Shown: positions 24,150 through 37,189, counted from the whole stretch's first letter. The stretch: 63,795 bases of DNA, filler included, from Octopus bimaculoides (GCF_001194135.2; 6 parts of 6 records of this genome joined end to end with filler, not necessarily neighbours in it); one strand, 5' to 3'. Numbers and translations: made by a program. The notes: generated by a model from the letters alone, not told the origin.

Positions 24150-24400
24150 CTAAGTTTAAGTCTATTGTTGGCCGCGATTATAGATCCTAGATTGGGTGTG
24201 GTTGAGTAAGATAATTTGAGGCAAGATCTCTGAAATTTGGAGTGATATTTATGACCTAGTGGGAAGTTCCTATCGATAATGCTAAAAAAATAAATTAGGA
24301 AGGTTTCTAACCGAGAGGGAAAAGGGGAATGTAAACCATATAATTTCCCGTCTCCTCCCTGAGTTGTTCCTATTCTACCCAGTATAATTATTGTTATAAC
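24150..24400 (-). mobile_element. Penelope-like RT thumb fragment (degraded)
   Basis: Frameshifted translation IIWFT.PFSLSV...FFSIIDRNFPLGHK...LSYSTTPNLGSIIAANN. Confidence 0.7.
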
Positions 24401-25499
24401 TGAATAAGTAATAATATCTTCTGAAGTGTTGTTGGTTTCTATATTCTGGTGGGAGGGGTGTTCATGGGAGGTGTGTCCATGTTTGAATTCGCAATGTTTG
24501 GAAACCGTTTGCCTAATATATATATATATATATACAATTGACTTACATTAATTATTATTTATTAATTCATTGATGCAGTCCGTTTGTAATGAATTAATAA
24601 ATAATAATTGATGTAAGTCAATGTTGTTCAAGAAAATTATCTCCCTTTTCTGCCTTCTTTGAATTTTGATTCCTGATAAACATGTTTGTCCTTGCCCGTA
24701 CCTATAATTCATGAGCTTAATAGGCCTGCATATGTATACCCATGTTTTCACATAGGTAATATACCAGTAGTATAATGGATACTCTTATCTCTCAGACGGT
24801 TATTTTTTTAACCTCTAACTCAGCTTACCTTATATATGTGCGTGTGTGTGTGTGTATGTGTGTGTGTGTATGTGTATATATATATATATATGTATATATN
24901 NNNNNNNNNNNNNNNNNNNNNNNNNNNNNNNNNNNNNNNNNNNNNNNNNNNNNNNNNNNNNNNNNNNNNNNNNNNNNNNNNNNNNNNNNNNNNNNNNNNN
25001 NNNNNNNNNNNNNNNNNNNNNNNNNNNNNNNNNNNNNNNNNNNNNNNNNNNNNNNNNNNNNNNNNNNNNNNNNNNNNNNNNNNNNNNNNNNNNNNNNNNN
25101 NNNNNNNNNNNNNNNNNNNNNNNNNNNNNNNNNNNNNNNNNNNNNNNNNNNNNNNNNNNNNNNNNNNNNNNNNNNNNNNNNNNNNNNNNNNNNNNNNNNN
25201 NNNNNNNNNNNNNNNNNNNNNNNNNNNNNNNNNNNNNNNNNNNNNNNNNNNNNNNNNNNNNNNNNNNNNNNNNNNNNNNNNNNNNNNNNNNNNNNNNNNN
25301 NNNNNNNNNNNNNNNNNNNNNNNNNNNNNNNNNNNNNNNNNNNNNNNNNNNNNNNNNNNNNNNNNNNNNNNNNNNNNNNNNNNNNNNNNNNNNNNNNNNN
25401 NNNNNNNNNNNNNNNNNNNGATTAATTTACCATGGTTTTGTTCTATATTTTTTTCCCCTTTTTCCTCAGTGGGGTGATGAATTTCCTTATTTAAATGTG

Positions 25500-25790
25500 T
25501 TAGCAATGGTTAAGTTTGGGTTTGTATTTTTGAATGAAAAAGGTTTCCTTATTTAATCTAATCTGTGTTAGTGTTTTAATAGCACATTGATAAAAAGGAA
25601 AGATTATAAATTGTGGTAGCATTTGTTTTGCGCATTTCTCAATATGATCACTAAAAGGTATCATTCGGTATTCTGGGTGTGTAATCTACTGGCGGTGCAG
25701 AGTGCATCTACGTCTGAGCGATAATCCTGTGGACCCTATGTAGTTCTCGTGGCAGCCCGAACATCTTATTACAATAACTTTAATTTCTCT
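25500..25790 (-). mobile_element. Penelope-like GIY-YIG endonuclease fragment
   Basis: VIVIRCSGCHENYIGSTGLSLRRRCTLHRQ*ITHPEYRMIPFSDHIEKCA...RLNKETFFIQKYKPKLNHC*; one internal stop. Confidence 0.85.
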
Positions 25791-26161
25791 GAAACTAAGG
25801 TTAGAATTTTCCTAGCGAATATAAGTACACTATTTAGCACAATAGGATTAATAGAAGCATAATTATTATTAATATTGAACTGAATGAATTTATTTCTATT
25901 TTTATTATCTTATTTATCAAACCAATAAATGGCCCAGGCAGTTCTGACCTGGGTAGATTAAGTAAAAAACGTTAGCAAACATACACGCGCACGCACACGC
26001 ACGCACACGCACGCACACGCACGCACACGCACACACACGCACACACACGCACACACACACACACATTTATTCATACACTCACACACGCATACACAAATAT
26101 GCATCTGTATGCACATGCATATAAATATATATGCATATGTTTGAGTGTATGTGTGTGTATA

Positions 26162-26199
<38 letters not shown>

Positions 26200-26244
26200 T
26201 GTGATGTATGTGTGTGTGTGCCTGTGATGTATGTGTGTGTGTGT

Positions 26245-27460
26245 GAAAACGCATGGCTTAGAGGTAATTTTTTTTTTATAATTTAAGGAAGATATAATTT
26301 CACCTAAATTTGGCATGTTGAACAGGAAAATTTTATCGTGACTCTTGAACATTTTATAGTAATTATGATTGAGAGGGAAGTGCATTTTCTAGTAGTTGAA
26401 AGAATAGCGAAGGTATTTTAGTTGAAATATGGCTACTAAATGGAGCTTTGTGCCATATAATTTTTCTGTTAAGAGATTTATTACATTTGTCTATGATATT
26501 TATTTTCATTAACTATATACTTAGTATGAGCTTATTAGAATAATTGTTATTGGTATTATTAAAATTATAATTATTAATATTAAGTTTATTATAGTGGTAT
26601 TTATTATCTGGTTTATGTTTGTGGTTGTTATTTAGTCTTATCATTTTTACGAGCTTCTATCATAATGGAGTTTAATTTATTAGTTTTTTTCTGTAGTGCG
26701 TAATTTATATTAGATATTTATGTTATTAATATAATTTATATAATCCTTATATCCAGCTCTATAAAGAGCTGGATATAAGGTAATTGCTATGAGCAATATT
26801 TTTGTTAGCTGAAATTTTTGAGATGGAATGGGAAATTCCCTCTATAATTGAATTCATGATTGCACGAGGATGATTAGATTTTTAAGGCGCATAGTGAAGG
26901 TTTTCATTAATCTTATAATAGGGTTTATATAAACCTAAATCTGAGTTAAAAGAGGCATTTAAGAAATCAGATGCTGTTCTGTTTCAGTCCACTGTGGCTG
27001 AAGGACCGACATTTTTTAATATTTTAATAATTATTTTCTTTTGACGTTCTATTTCTATATTGCTATACTTATAGAAAGAAAAAAGTATCATCCCTGTATA
27101 CACCGCCTTGAATGTGTGAAAATTGTATTTTGATATTGTGAAGTAAGTAAAATCCTACGAGATCTTTGACTTCTGCAGAATCACTACATCCCATAGTGAT
27201 ATAAAAATTTCCGGGTACATTTTCCCGAGTCTACTTCATTATTAAATTTAATATTTGTTTTTCTTGCATGTAGAATTATATCAATTTCTTTTTTGTTAAT
27301 ATCAGAATTTTTCATAGCAAACATGGGAGCTTTTTCATAGCAAAGATGAGGGCTTTGTTAAAGAAAATAAGGTTATAGAAGGATAATAGTTATTAATAAT
27401 GACAGTTGTTAAGAATAACAGTCATTAATATCAATTAATTATTAATATCAATTTGTAAAG
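26245..27460 (-). mobile_element. Penelope-like reverse transcriptase pseudogene
   Basis: YYPSIT, IILHARK, TMGCSDSAEVKDLVG (about 27150-27194), GVYRDD (27087-27098), DFLN...YKPYYK...SNHP, ALYRAGY, IIWHKAPFS, HFPLNHNYYKMF...MPNLGEII; several frameshifts and stops. Confidence 0.9.
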
Positions 27461-27917
27461 ATTTCACATTCTTTTTTGCCTTTTAAGTTTATAAACTTAC
27501 ACACACACACACAGGTATATATGTGTGAGTGTGTGTGTATACATGTCTGTATATAGACACGCGCGTCTCTTTGTGTGTATGAATACGTGCTTGTGTGTGC
27601 TTGTATGTGCGTGCGAGTGTGTGCATGTGAGTACATGTGAATGTGCGCGTGTAAGTGTGTGAGTTTGAGTATGTGCGTCTAAGTATATGCTTTTGAGTGT
27701 GTGTGCATAGTGCAAAGTAATTTCAGTACTGTTTATCATGACCTTTGTACTTGTATGACCTATGACCGCCTTATGCCAGATAACTTGAACTAAATTGTTC
27801 GGCAAACAGAGAAGCTGGATGAGTGATTAAACATGAGACGATGGGTTGAGAGAGCGAGATAAGCAAGAAATAGTGACTAGAAAGTGATAAAGAGGCAGAG
27901 AGAGCGAGAAATAAATA

Positions 27918-27953
<36 letters not shown>

Positions 27954-28566
27954 NNNNNNNNNNNNNNNNNNNNNNNNNNNNNNNNNNNNNNNNNNNNNNN
28001 NNNNNNNNNNNNNNNNNNNNNNNNNNNNNNNNNNNNNNNNNNNNNNNNNNNNNAATATTTCTTAATGAAATTTTCTACAAATATGCTTCAGATCGTGTAG
28101 ATTCCGATCAAATTGGAATTCATTGTGAAAACCGTTTGTCCCTGAATGAGTTTTAGAAAATTTACACCATTAGGCTTTGTTGTATATATATATATATGTA
28201 TATTTACGTGGGTGTATGCATACTGTTTTAATTATATCTTTATACACGCACATACACACATAAAAAAAAAAACAGGCATACCGTCGGTTACGACGGCCAC
28301 AAGTACCCAAGACTTCTTCACCACTGTTCCAACTTCATTTTCCCCTCTTAAAAAGAAGGCTTTCGTCTACTTGGACTATATGTCATACCACTTCACGGCT
28401 GTCTGTCTATTAATATTGTTAATGGACATGCAGCATGTCGCTGGCATTTCACATATAAAGTCCAGGATTATATGAAAAAGTGACTTTTTTTTCCATTGAT
28501 GTATCAAAAAATTATTTGGAAATTATAAAGAGAAACGAATAGTAGATTCGGACTGTCCGAAAAAAA

Positions 28567-28601
<35 letters not shown>

Positions 28602-29398
28602 TGTGTGTGTGAGATTTAAAAAAATGTTTTTCTTTTTGCATAATCGTATCAATTCCATTATGCAGAAGACAGAATCGAAAAAAAAAAATTGTAAAAGTTC
28701 TTAAAAAAAAAAAAAAATATGAGGGGTTTTAGCACGTGCTACCAATTGGGCGTCCCGCCAATTGTTTTTCATTAAAGCTTTCATTTAGTTGTGTGTTATG
28801 TTTTCATTTAATATATCTTATTAATTCATCATTGCTTTTTAATATTAAATGCACGTTCTGNNNNNNNNNNNNNNNNNNNNNNNNNNNNNNNNNNNNNNNN
28901 NNNNNNNNNNNNNNNNNNNNNNNNNNNNNNNNNNNNNNNNNNNNNNNNNNNNNNNNNNNNNNNNNNNNNNNNNNNNNNNNNNNNNNNNNNNNNNNNNNNN
29001 NNNNNNNNNNNNNNNNNNNNNNNNNNNNNNNNNNNNNNNNNNNNNNNNNNNNNNNNNNNNNNNNNNNNNNNNNNNNNNNNNNNNNNNNNNNNNNNNNNNN
29101 NNNNNNNNNNNNNNNNNNNNNNNNNNNNNNNNNNNNNNNNNNNNNNNNNNNNNNNNNNNNNNNNNNNNNNNNNNNNNNNNNNNNNNNNNNNNNNNNNNNN
29201 NNNNNNNNNNNNNNNNNNNNNNNNNNNNNNNNNNNNNNNNNNNNNNNNNNNNNNNNNNNNNNNNNNNNNNNNNNNNNNNNNNNNNNNNNNNNNNNNNNNN
29301 NNNNNNNNNNNNNNNNNNNNNNNNNNNNNNNNNNNNNNNNNNNNNNNNNNNNNNNNNNNNNNNNNNNNNNNNNNNNNNNNNNNNNNNNNNNNNNNNNN

Positions 29399-29429
<31 letters not shown>

Positions 29430-29733
29430 CCGTGTGAACAGTTGATTGAATGTACTTGTAGCTATCTGAACATGTAACTGAGGGCGTGACCTCAACTATT
29501 CTCCTCGAATCGATCTTACTATTTTTTATTTACTCCAACTAGCTATTTTTCACTCTCTTATCCTGAATTCCATTCCGTTACTCCATTGAAGTTGTAGGTA
29601 ATTTGCAAATATTGAGCAAGCATAACATTATATCATGTATTTTTTGCCCAAATCACTGATGGAGTATATAAGTTTGTGCAAATGTCATCAAGAGATTGTG
29701 TTATTTTAGCAGATGATTTACTGAAACACGTGT

Positions 29734-29940
29734 AGTAGTTGTATGCTGTTAACTTAATGTGACAGTCCCCTGAAGGGAATAATACTACTGTTGGTTAGAC
29801 CTAGGAAGCTGCACCGCTTTCTGTCGGCCTTGACACATTTCCTGTGTCCTTATGTTTACAAGGGGGAGACAAGCACCTTCGACTAGTAGTATTATTCCCT
29901 TCAGGGGACTGTCACATTAAATTGACAGCATACAACTACT
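29734..29940. repeat. Inverted repeat, 56-bp arms, 95-bp spacer
   Basis: 29734-29789 vs 29885-29940, 2 mismatches. Confidence 0.9.
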
Positions 29941-30093
29941 TCATCGTATCACTACTGCATAAATCTCTCTGAGAGATTTAGAAATGTAGTATTTCTAGAT
30001 TTGAAACAAGTGTGTATTTTATGAAGCTCAAAATATTATATACAATTCAAGTATTATAATTATAATTATTATGATAAATTAACAAGTGAATTA

Positions 30094-30507
30094 CAGTAAT
30101 CACTCGCCTTATTGCAGTTCACCCTATCACGCCATCAGTACATTGCGCATTTTTCTGCCTAATATATGTAAATATATATCGCGTACTCCTCAGTATATCG
30201 CGGGTTTCTACGGTCGATAGGTATTTATGTTTATTTAAAATTAATAATTTTAAAAAATCATTAATAAATAGAAATACAGTACGGTACTGCACTGTATAAC
30301 ACATTAATCAAACTATATTAAAAGAAAATACGTAGTGTACTGTAGATGAGTAAACAAAGAATCGTACATACTGTATGGAAAATAGAACTCAGGAGGTGAG
30401 TTATAACAAAAAAGAAAATACATTACAGTATTGTTTCTACTTCGCGTATTTTCACCTATCACGGTGGATTTTGGAACGCAACAACCGCGATAGTCGAGGG
30501 ATTACTG
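30094..30507. mobile_element. pogo/Tigger-type MITE (414 bp)
   Basis: TA|CAGTAATCACTCG ... CGAGGGATTACTG|TA; 13-bp TIR with 1 mismatch and a TA TSD. Confidence 0.85.
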
Positions 30508-30567
30508 TATATTTTATGTGTATGTATCTAAGTATCCATGTCTCTATGTATGTATGCATGCACATAT

Positions 30568-30750
30568 ATGCATGCATGCATGTACATATATATGCATGCA
30601 TGCATGTACATATATATGCATGCATGTATGTACATATATATGCATGCATGTATGTACATATATATGCATGCATGTATGTACATATATATGCATGCATGTA
30701 TGTACATATATATGCATGCATGTATGTACATATATATGCATGCATGTATG
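30568..30750. repeat. 24-bp minisatellite, strictly alternating purine/pyrimidine
   Basis: Unit TGCATGCATGTATGTACATATATA, about 7 copies, grading into (TATG)n. Confidence 0.9.
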
Positions 30751-31479
30751 TATGTATGTATGTATGTATGTATGTATATATGTATGTATGAACCCGAAAC
30801 CATGTAGTTAGGAAGCAAGTTTCTTACCACACAGCCAGTATAATACAATACAATATAATATAATATATTATAATATAATATAATATAATATAATAAAATT
30901 TTACAATAGAAAATATTATGCTATAATATATAAATATAATATATGTTCATATGTATTTATTTATATATACTCCTACTTCATCTTATCCTCGTTATATTTT
31001 TTTATCAGAATTTCCTGTGGAAACATCGACTTTGGATACGAGAGGAGGTAATACTAATCTGAAAATATCTGGTGAATATTGCCATCATTTGGAGATTATA
31101 CTGAAGAATGCCCTGCAATCTTTGCTCCGATCCATCGTAAATGCTAACGGAATGTGTGAAAATAACTGCCTTCAACCAAACCTAACACTGACTTGTTTTT
31201 AAAGGTCATTTTCCACTATTAAATATTTGTGTTTAACACGTTGTTGCTGTTGATGTTGTTGTTTATTCCAAAGTCACATCTGATCTAGCAAACCTGATTC
31301 AAGAAACCTATGATTTGGAGGTAGGCAATTCTGGACTTCTTTGAACATTAGAAAAAAATGTCTTAGTCTATAGAAATACAGCACCCATGTACAGGAGACG
31401 CGAAAATGAGATCCGAAGAACGCACAAAAAGACAGGTAAATTACTGGCTGATAAGAAGAGTTATCTTTTATATTTCCCT

Positions 31480-31665
31480 TGTTTCAGTCATTCGACTACG
31501 GCCATGCTGGGGTTCACCTTCAAGAATTTAAGTCGAAAGAATTGAACCTAGTACTTGTTATTTTTTTTTTAAGCCAGGTACTTATTCTATCGGTCTCTTT
31601 TGTTACGGGAACGTGAACACAGAAGCACCGGTTGTCAGGCGGTGCTGGAGGACAAACACACACAA
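31480..31665 (-). mobile_element. CORE-like SINE family A, tail fragment
   Basis: GTTTCAGTCATTCGACTACGGCCATGCTGGG...TACTTATTCTATCGGTCTCTTTTG. Confidence 0.75.
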
Positions 31666-31714
31666 AGACGCGCACACATACATACATACACACACACGCA
31701 CAAACTGAAGAATA

Positions 31715-33100
31715 AGAACGTACATCAGGAGAATGAGGTACCGAATGCTGAAACAACAAGGAACTTTTGGTCAGATATTTGGTGCAAAGAAGTTCGACAT
31801 AATATGGAAACGAACTGGTTAAGGAAATTTAAAAGTGAAATGAAAAATAGATTGAGATAAGAGAATATAAATTTTACGGAAGAGAAAGTGGTAAAAGATA
31901 CTTAAAAAGTACCCAACCGCATCGGATGTTCTGTCTTATAAACCTCATCAGCATGGACGGGTATATTCAACCGTTTTTTACTGACTGTATAGAAAATCAA
32001 CATGGTTGACAAAAAATAAATACAATGTTTACACTGAAAGACAAAGAAAAGATAAGGGGAAATTAGTAGTTATGGACCTATTACAGGCTTATCATTACAC
32101 TGAAAATTATTAAGCGGCCTCATAGGAGATGTAATATATAGCTTCTGGAGAAGGAGAAACTATTAGCAGAGGAGTAAAAGTTATGCAGGAGGAAAACAAG
32201 GGAGAAATGCTGATATGCTGTATATTTGTAGTATGATACGAAGTGAGGTAAGAAAGAATTTAGTTGTTTGTTGGATAGACTACAGTAAGCATACAATAAT
32301 TTTACGCATTATTGATTCTTGTAGTGCCTGAGGTCTTTGAAAGACAATGAGAAGATTAAAAGTTTTTGAGAAAAAACCACGGGATCAAGGGAAGTAGAAT
32401 TAAAACACGGAAGTAAATCCTTTCAACAGGAAGTGTGAATATATCTTTTACTTATTTCAGTCGTAAGAATGCGACCATGCTGGGGCCCGGCCTTGAAGAA
32501 TGAATCGACCTCAGTACTAATTTTTTTAAAGCATGGTACTTATTGTGTTTATTTCTTTTGCCGTACTGCTAAGTTACGGGGATGTAAACACACCAACACT
32601 GGTTGTCAAGGGATGGTGACACACACACACACGACGGGCTTCTTTCATTTTCCGTCTACCAAATCCACTCACAAGGCTTTGGTCAGCCCAAGGTTATAGT
32701 AGAAGACACTTGCCCATATTACAGGGAGACTTGTTCAATCTCCATTTCTTTGTATTGTTTCCTTTGGCAAGTATACCGAGAAAATTCAGGCAAGTCTATG
32801 AACTTGTTAAAAACTAGAGTGAAAATAAATCTAAAACTAGAGTGAAATTCTATACATGAAGAACCTCAAATTTTATACTTGAATCATTAAGAACATTTAG
32901 CAAGGATATTGGCATGTAATTTGGAATAAACAAGGGTGCACTTTTAATTATGAATAACGGCAGAAACATTAAACTTGATGACATAACGGTAGCACAAGAT
33001 ATCATTAGATCACTGTGGAATGACGAGGGAGAAGGTTTCCAAAGATTACAAGAGAAGGAATTTGGAATATACTCGAATTAAAACTAAATGGAGGGAATGT
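31715..33100 (+). mobile_element. R4/Dong-type LINE RT fragment interrupted by a SINE
   Basis: PNAETTRNFWSDIW...HN..NWL; SYGPIT..LH*KLLSG; LLAEE*KLCRR; WIDY; QGDL; FSKDIGM*FGINKGA. Heavily mutated. Confidence 0.75.
32450..32716 (-). mobile_element. CORE-like SINE family A (5'-truncated) inside the R4/Dong fragment
   Basis: Tail GCGACCATGCTGGGG, (CA)n, then GACGGGCTTCTTTC...TAGAAGACACTTGCCCA. Confidence 0.8.
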
Positions 33101-33756
33101 TATCAAACAATAAATATCTGCCCTGTCGTTCTTGCTTCTGTTCTTGAATTCAATAAGACTGTTTCAGTGTCTTTTTGGATATTTCTAGCCGCTAATCGTA
33201 TTCATTCCTCACAGCTTACATACAACATCGTGTTTTTTCAAACCCGATATCGCAGTATTAATGGTGTCTCCTGTGTTTAATAACTATTTACATCTCTTAC
33301 ATCTTTCTTGGTAAACAGAGCCTGACATTACTTTGCCGGTGGTAAGCTGCATTGTGGCGCATGAATCTTTTACCAGTTGTAATTGCTGTAACTCAGTGTT
33401 TGTTCACATTAGGGCAGAAGCCTAGAGATTGGCATGGCCCATGTATTCATGCATATGAGGAAACTTGTCGTTACTAAGCATCAGGATAACATCATTGCTA
33501 ATCAAATTTTGGCGCAAAGCCAGTAATTTTGGGTAGAGGGAAATATTGATTACACCGGTCTCAGTTTTTCGGTGGTACTTTATTTTATCGACTCCCAAAG
33601 GGATGAAAGGCAAAAAAAAAAAAAACGTAAAGAACCAGAAGAAATGCCGCCAAGCGTTTCGTCCGACGCGCTAATGGTTCTGCCATCCTGCAATGATGAT
33701 GATTTATATTATATTACATAACAATATGTTATATTACAGATAAAAGGATACTCTCT

Positions 33757-34343
33757 CTCTTTTACTCTTTTACTTGTTTCAGTCATTTGACTGCGGCCAT
33801 GCTGAAGCACCGCCTTTAGTCGAGAAAATCGACCCCAGGACTTATTCTTTGTAAGCCTAGTACTTATTCTATCGGTCTCTTTTTGCCGAACCGCTAACTT
33901 ACGGGTACGTAAACACACCAGCATCGGTTGTCAAGCGATGCTGGGGGGGACAAACACAGACACACAAACACACACACACACACANNNNNNNNNNNNNNNN
34001 NNNNNNNNNNNNNNNNNNNNNNNNNNNNNNNNNNNNNNNNNNNNNNNNNNNNNNNNNNNNNNNNNNNNNNNNNNNNNNNNNNNNNNNNNNNNNNNNNNNN
34101 NNNNNNNNNNNNNNNNNNNNNNNNNNNNNNNNNNNNNNNNNNNNNNNNNNNNNNNNNNNNNNNNNNATATATATATATATACGACGGGCTTCTTTCAGTT
34201 TCTGTCTACCAATTCCACTCACAAGGCATTGGTCGGTCTGAGGCTACAGTAGAAGACACTTGCCGAAGGTGCCACGCCATGGGACTGAACCCGGAACCAT
34301 GTGGCTGGTAAGCAAGCTACTTATCACACAGCCACTCCTGCGC
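33757..34343 (-). mobile_element. CORE-like SINE family A, full length, gap in its internal microsatellite
   Basis: Tail and head halves match 37221-37643 and are separated by (CA)n-N-(TA)n. Confidence 0.9.
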
Positions 34344-34649
34344 TTATATGTTTCCTCATATGCATGATCTTGGAGGAGTTGTTATAATATCGGTGAAAAT
34401 GACGTGCAGCATTTCTCTTTATCGCTCTACATTTTGAGTTCAATTCTCAATGAGGCATTCAATTTGCCAGGGTTCGATAATATAAAGTATTAATCGATGT
34501 TACTTTATATTTTTTTCGATGATATGGACTAAACACCTTCCTTCAAAATTGCCGACCCTGTGCTTCATTTAGAAACTTTTATCTATAATCATAAAATGTA
34601 AATGCCTGAGAGTGCAAGTACGTATATACGCATGTACATACATACATAT

Positions 34650-34688
<39 letters not shown>

Positions 34689-34974
34689 CACACACACATA
34701 TACATACATATGTATGTATATACATACGTACGTATATATGTATGTATGTATATGGGCATGAGTACGTATGTACATATGTATGTATACATATGTATATATA
34801 TAAATATATATATAATGTATGTATGTATGTATGTATATATATATACGTATGTATATATATATATATACATACATGCATATATACGCATATATACATGCAT
34901 ATATATAAACATATATATATGTATATACACACACATTTATGTATATAGGTATTATACATATATATACATATATA

Positions 34975-35022
<48 letters not shown>

Positions 35023-35919
35023 NNNNNNNNNNNNNNNNNNNNNNNNNNNNNNNNNNNNNNNNNNNNTTAATTAATTAANNNNNNNNNNNNNNNNNNNNNN
35101 NNNNNNNNNNNNNNNNNNNNNNCACAACTACCACATTTATTTATTCCACCATCAGAATTTATCTCCATCAACTACCAGCAAAACAACTAAAACGGCGATG
35201 ACGACGAAGAATACAACCACCACTACTAATGCTACAACCACTACCACCGACATCACCATCTCCTCTACCATCATCACGTTGCCCATCGTTATATCTATCA
35301 CTACCACAAATAAGGCACAACTCCCAACCATGACCACCACCAACACCACCTAGTTCAGCACATTCAGAAAGTACTGTCCACTACGTGTTCTACCGACTAC
35401 TTGTACCTTGTAACACTGCACGTCTCGTAGTCGAGTGGTCAATGACTAAATTAGTCAGTTTATTAGGTGAAGGGCATGTATGGAATTCAACCGTGTCAAT
35501 TGGCGAAGAACCTCTCACACAAAATCCCACGAAGCGCCGTATGTTATTAGTCATCAGAGACAGATAATCTGATGATGTAGCAAAATTCAAATGCCATATC
35601 AGATCGGTCTGGGACCCATTAGCTCATGATAAATGAAGAGGGGAGATGGGGGAAGATTGATTCCTAGGCTATGGAATTCGATTAGCTGATTGATGTTATC
35701 TACTAAGACTAATGACTCTGACTTCTACAACCGCATTACTATACCATCAACTTCAGTACATACACAAAGTCTTAAAATGCATTCACCGACAGCATCTATT
35801 ACACCGCCACGTAATAATACTAAAAAAACCCTCACCTATTACCTACCCCACCACAAATTCCTACTTCATAAATACCCTCTCACGACATCAACCTCACAAT
35901 TACCTAAAACAAGTTCACC

Positions 35920-36078
35920 TACACCACCACCACCACCACCGCCACAACCACCACCACTACCACCACCACCACTACCACCACCACCACCACCATCACCACC
36001 ACTACCACCACCACCACTACCACCACCACCACTTCCACCACCAGCAACACCACCACTATCGCTCATCACCACCAACAT

Positions 36079-36135
<57 letters not shown>

Positions 36136-36160
36136 CACCACCACCAGGATCACAACTACT
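35920..36160. repeat. (CCA)n/(CTA)n compound trinucleotide repeat
   Basis: Directly visible. A comparable (GGT)n tract lies at about 19660-19830. Confidence 0.95.
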
Positions 36161-36674
36161 AACACACGCACTATAATCCCTACATCATTGAACAACTGAT
36201 AACTACGTCACCACAAATTCCACGACAGATATTATGGGAGACATATACAATGTAATTAGCCATAAGTGGCTTTATTGTTGCTACTTCTGCTACAAGAGCA
36301 GCTAACACTGCTGTTGCTGTTGTAAAGAGCATTATGGAATATAGATTAGCTATTGGTTTCTTAACCCTCTTCTCACAAAACCAATTTTCGTAGGCGACAG
36401 TTTTAGAGGAAATCATTACTTCAAAACTGTTAATCGTTTTTATCGACCCTGATAAACCACACCTACAAGATGGAAACGAGTCAAAGAAGGAGGCCCCTCT
36501 CCACCCCGGTTGTTGCTCCAGCTGTTAGAAATATCAGTTTTTTTCTTTCTTTCTCGTGTCACATCTAATATGGCTCTAACTATGTGATTGCCTGAAAAAA
36601 TACAACGGAATGGTCGCAGCTGGAAGGCTTTTGATAATAGACCTGCTTCACGTTGGCTAATCTCGGGTTATACA

Positions 36675-36706
<32 letters not shown>

Positions 36707-37189
36707 ACGATTTGAGATCTAAAACTACAAGGTAGAAATTATTTTCTGAATGACATTTTCACCGGCGCCGTTTTTGCCAACTCACCACTCTTAATGTTTT
36801 ATGTTTAGAAAAGTGATCCTTAATCTGGACGAAAGTGCTCCCTTGAGAGCCTTGTGGGTCACAAAAGGACTGCCAATGTCAAGAGGATGTTATTATCAGA
36901 GGGAGCGTGATTTTACTTAGAAACAGACGTTTTAAAGGTACTTTTAAAAACAAAACAAGAACAACAACAGCAAAACAAAAGTTTTGTCTAGATTAGAATA
37001 AAACGTTGTATTCAGTGAGCCTAAAACATAGCTGATGATGCACGCATGTTCAACATAATTTCAAATTATAAGTCGGATCTATCTTTAGTAATTTCCATAA
37101 AAATTCAACATTTGGGTAATAATCCTGGCGTATATCTGAAAAGGGGAGTATGCTTGACAGGATAATATAAGAAAATAAAGATAAATAAA

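Noticed and set aside
26984-26986. In-frame TGA in the PLE RT as possible selenocysteine (reported for some Naiad PLEs)
   Set aside because: The copy has many other stops and frameshifts and no SECIS could be recognised; a consensus sequence would be needed.
35690-36199. Pro/His/Thr- or Gly/Val-rich ORFs (also 19472-19873) and the YIYI/CVCV/MYVC ORFs elsewhere
   Set aside because: They are translations of tri-, di- and tetranucleotide microsatellites, open in several frames, with no splice or domain support.
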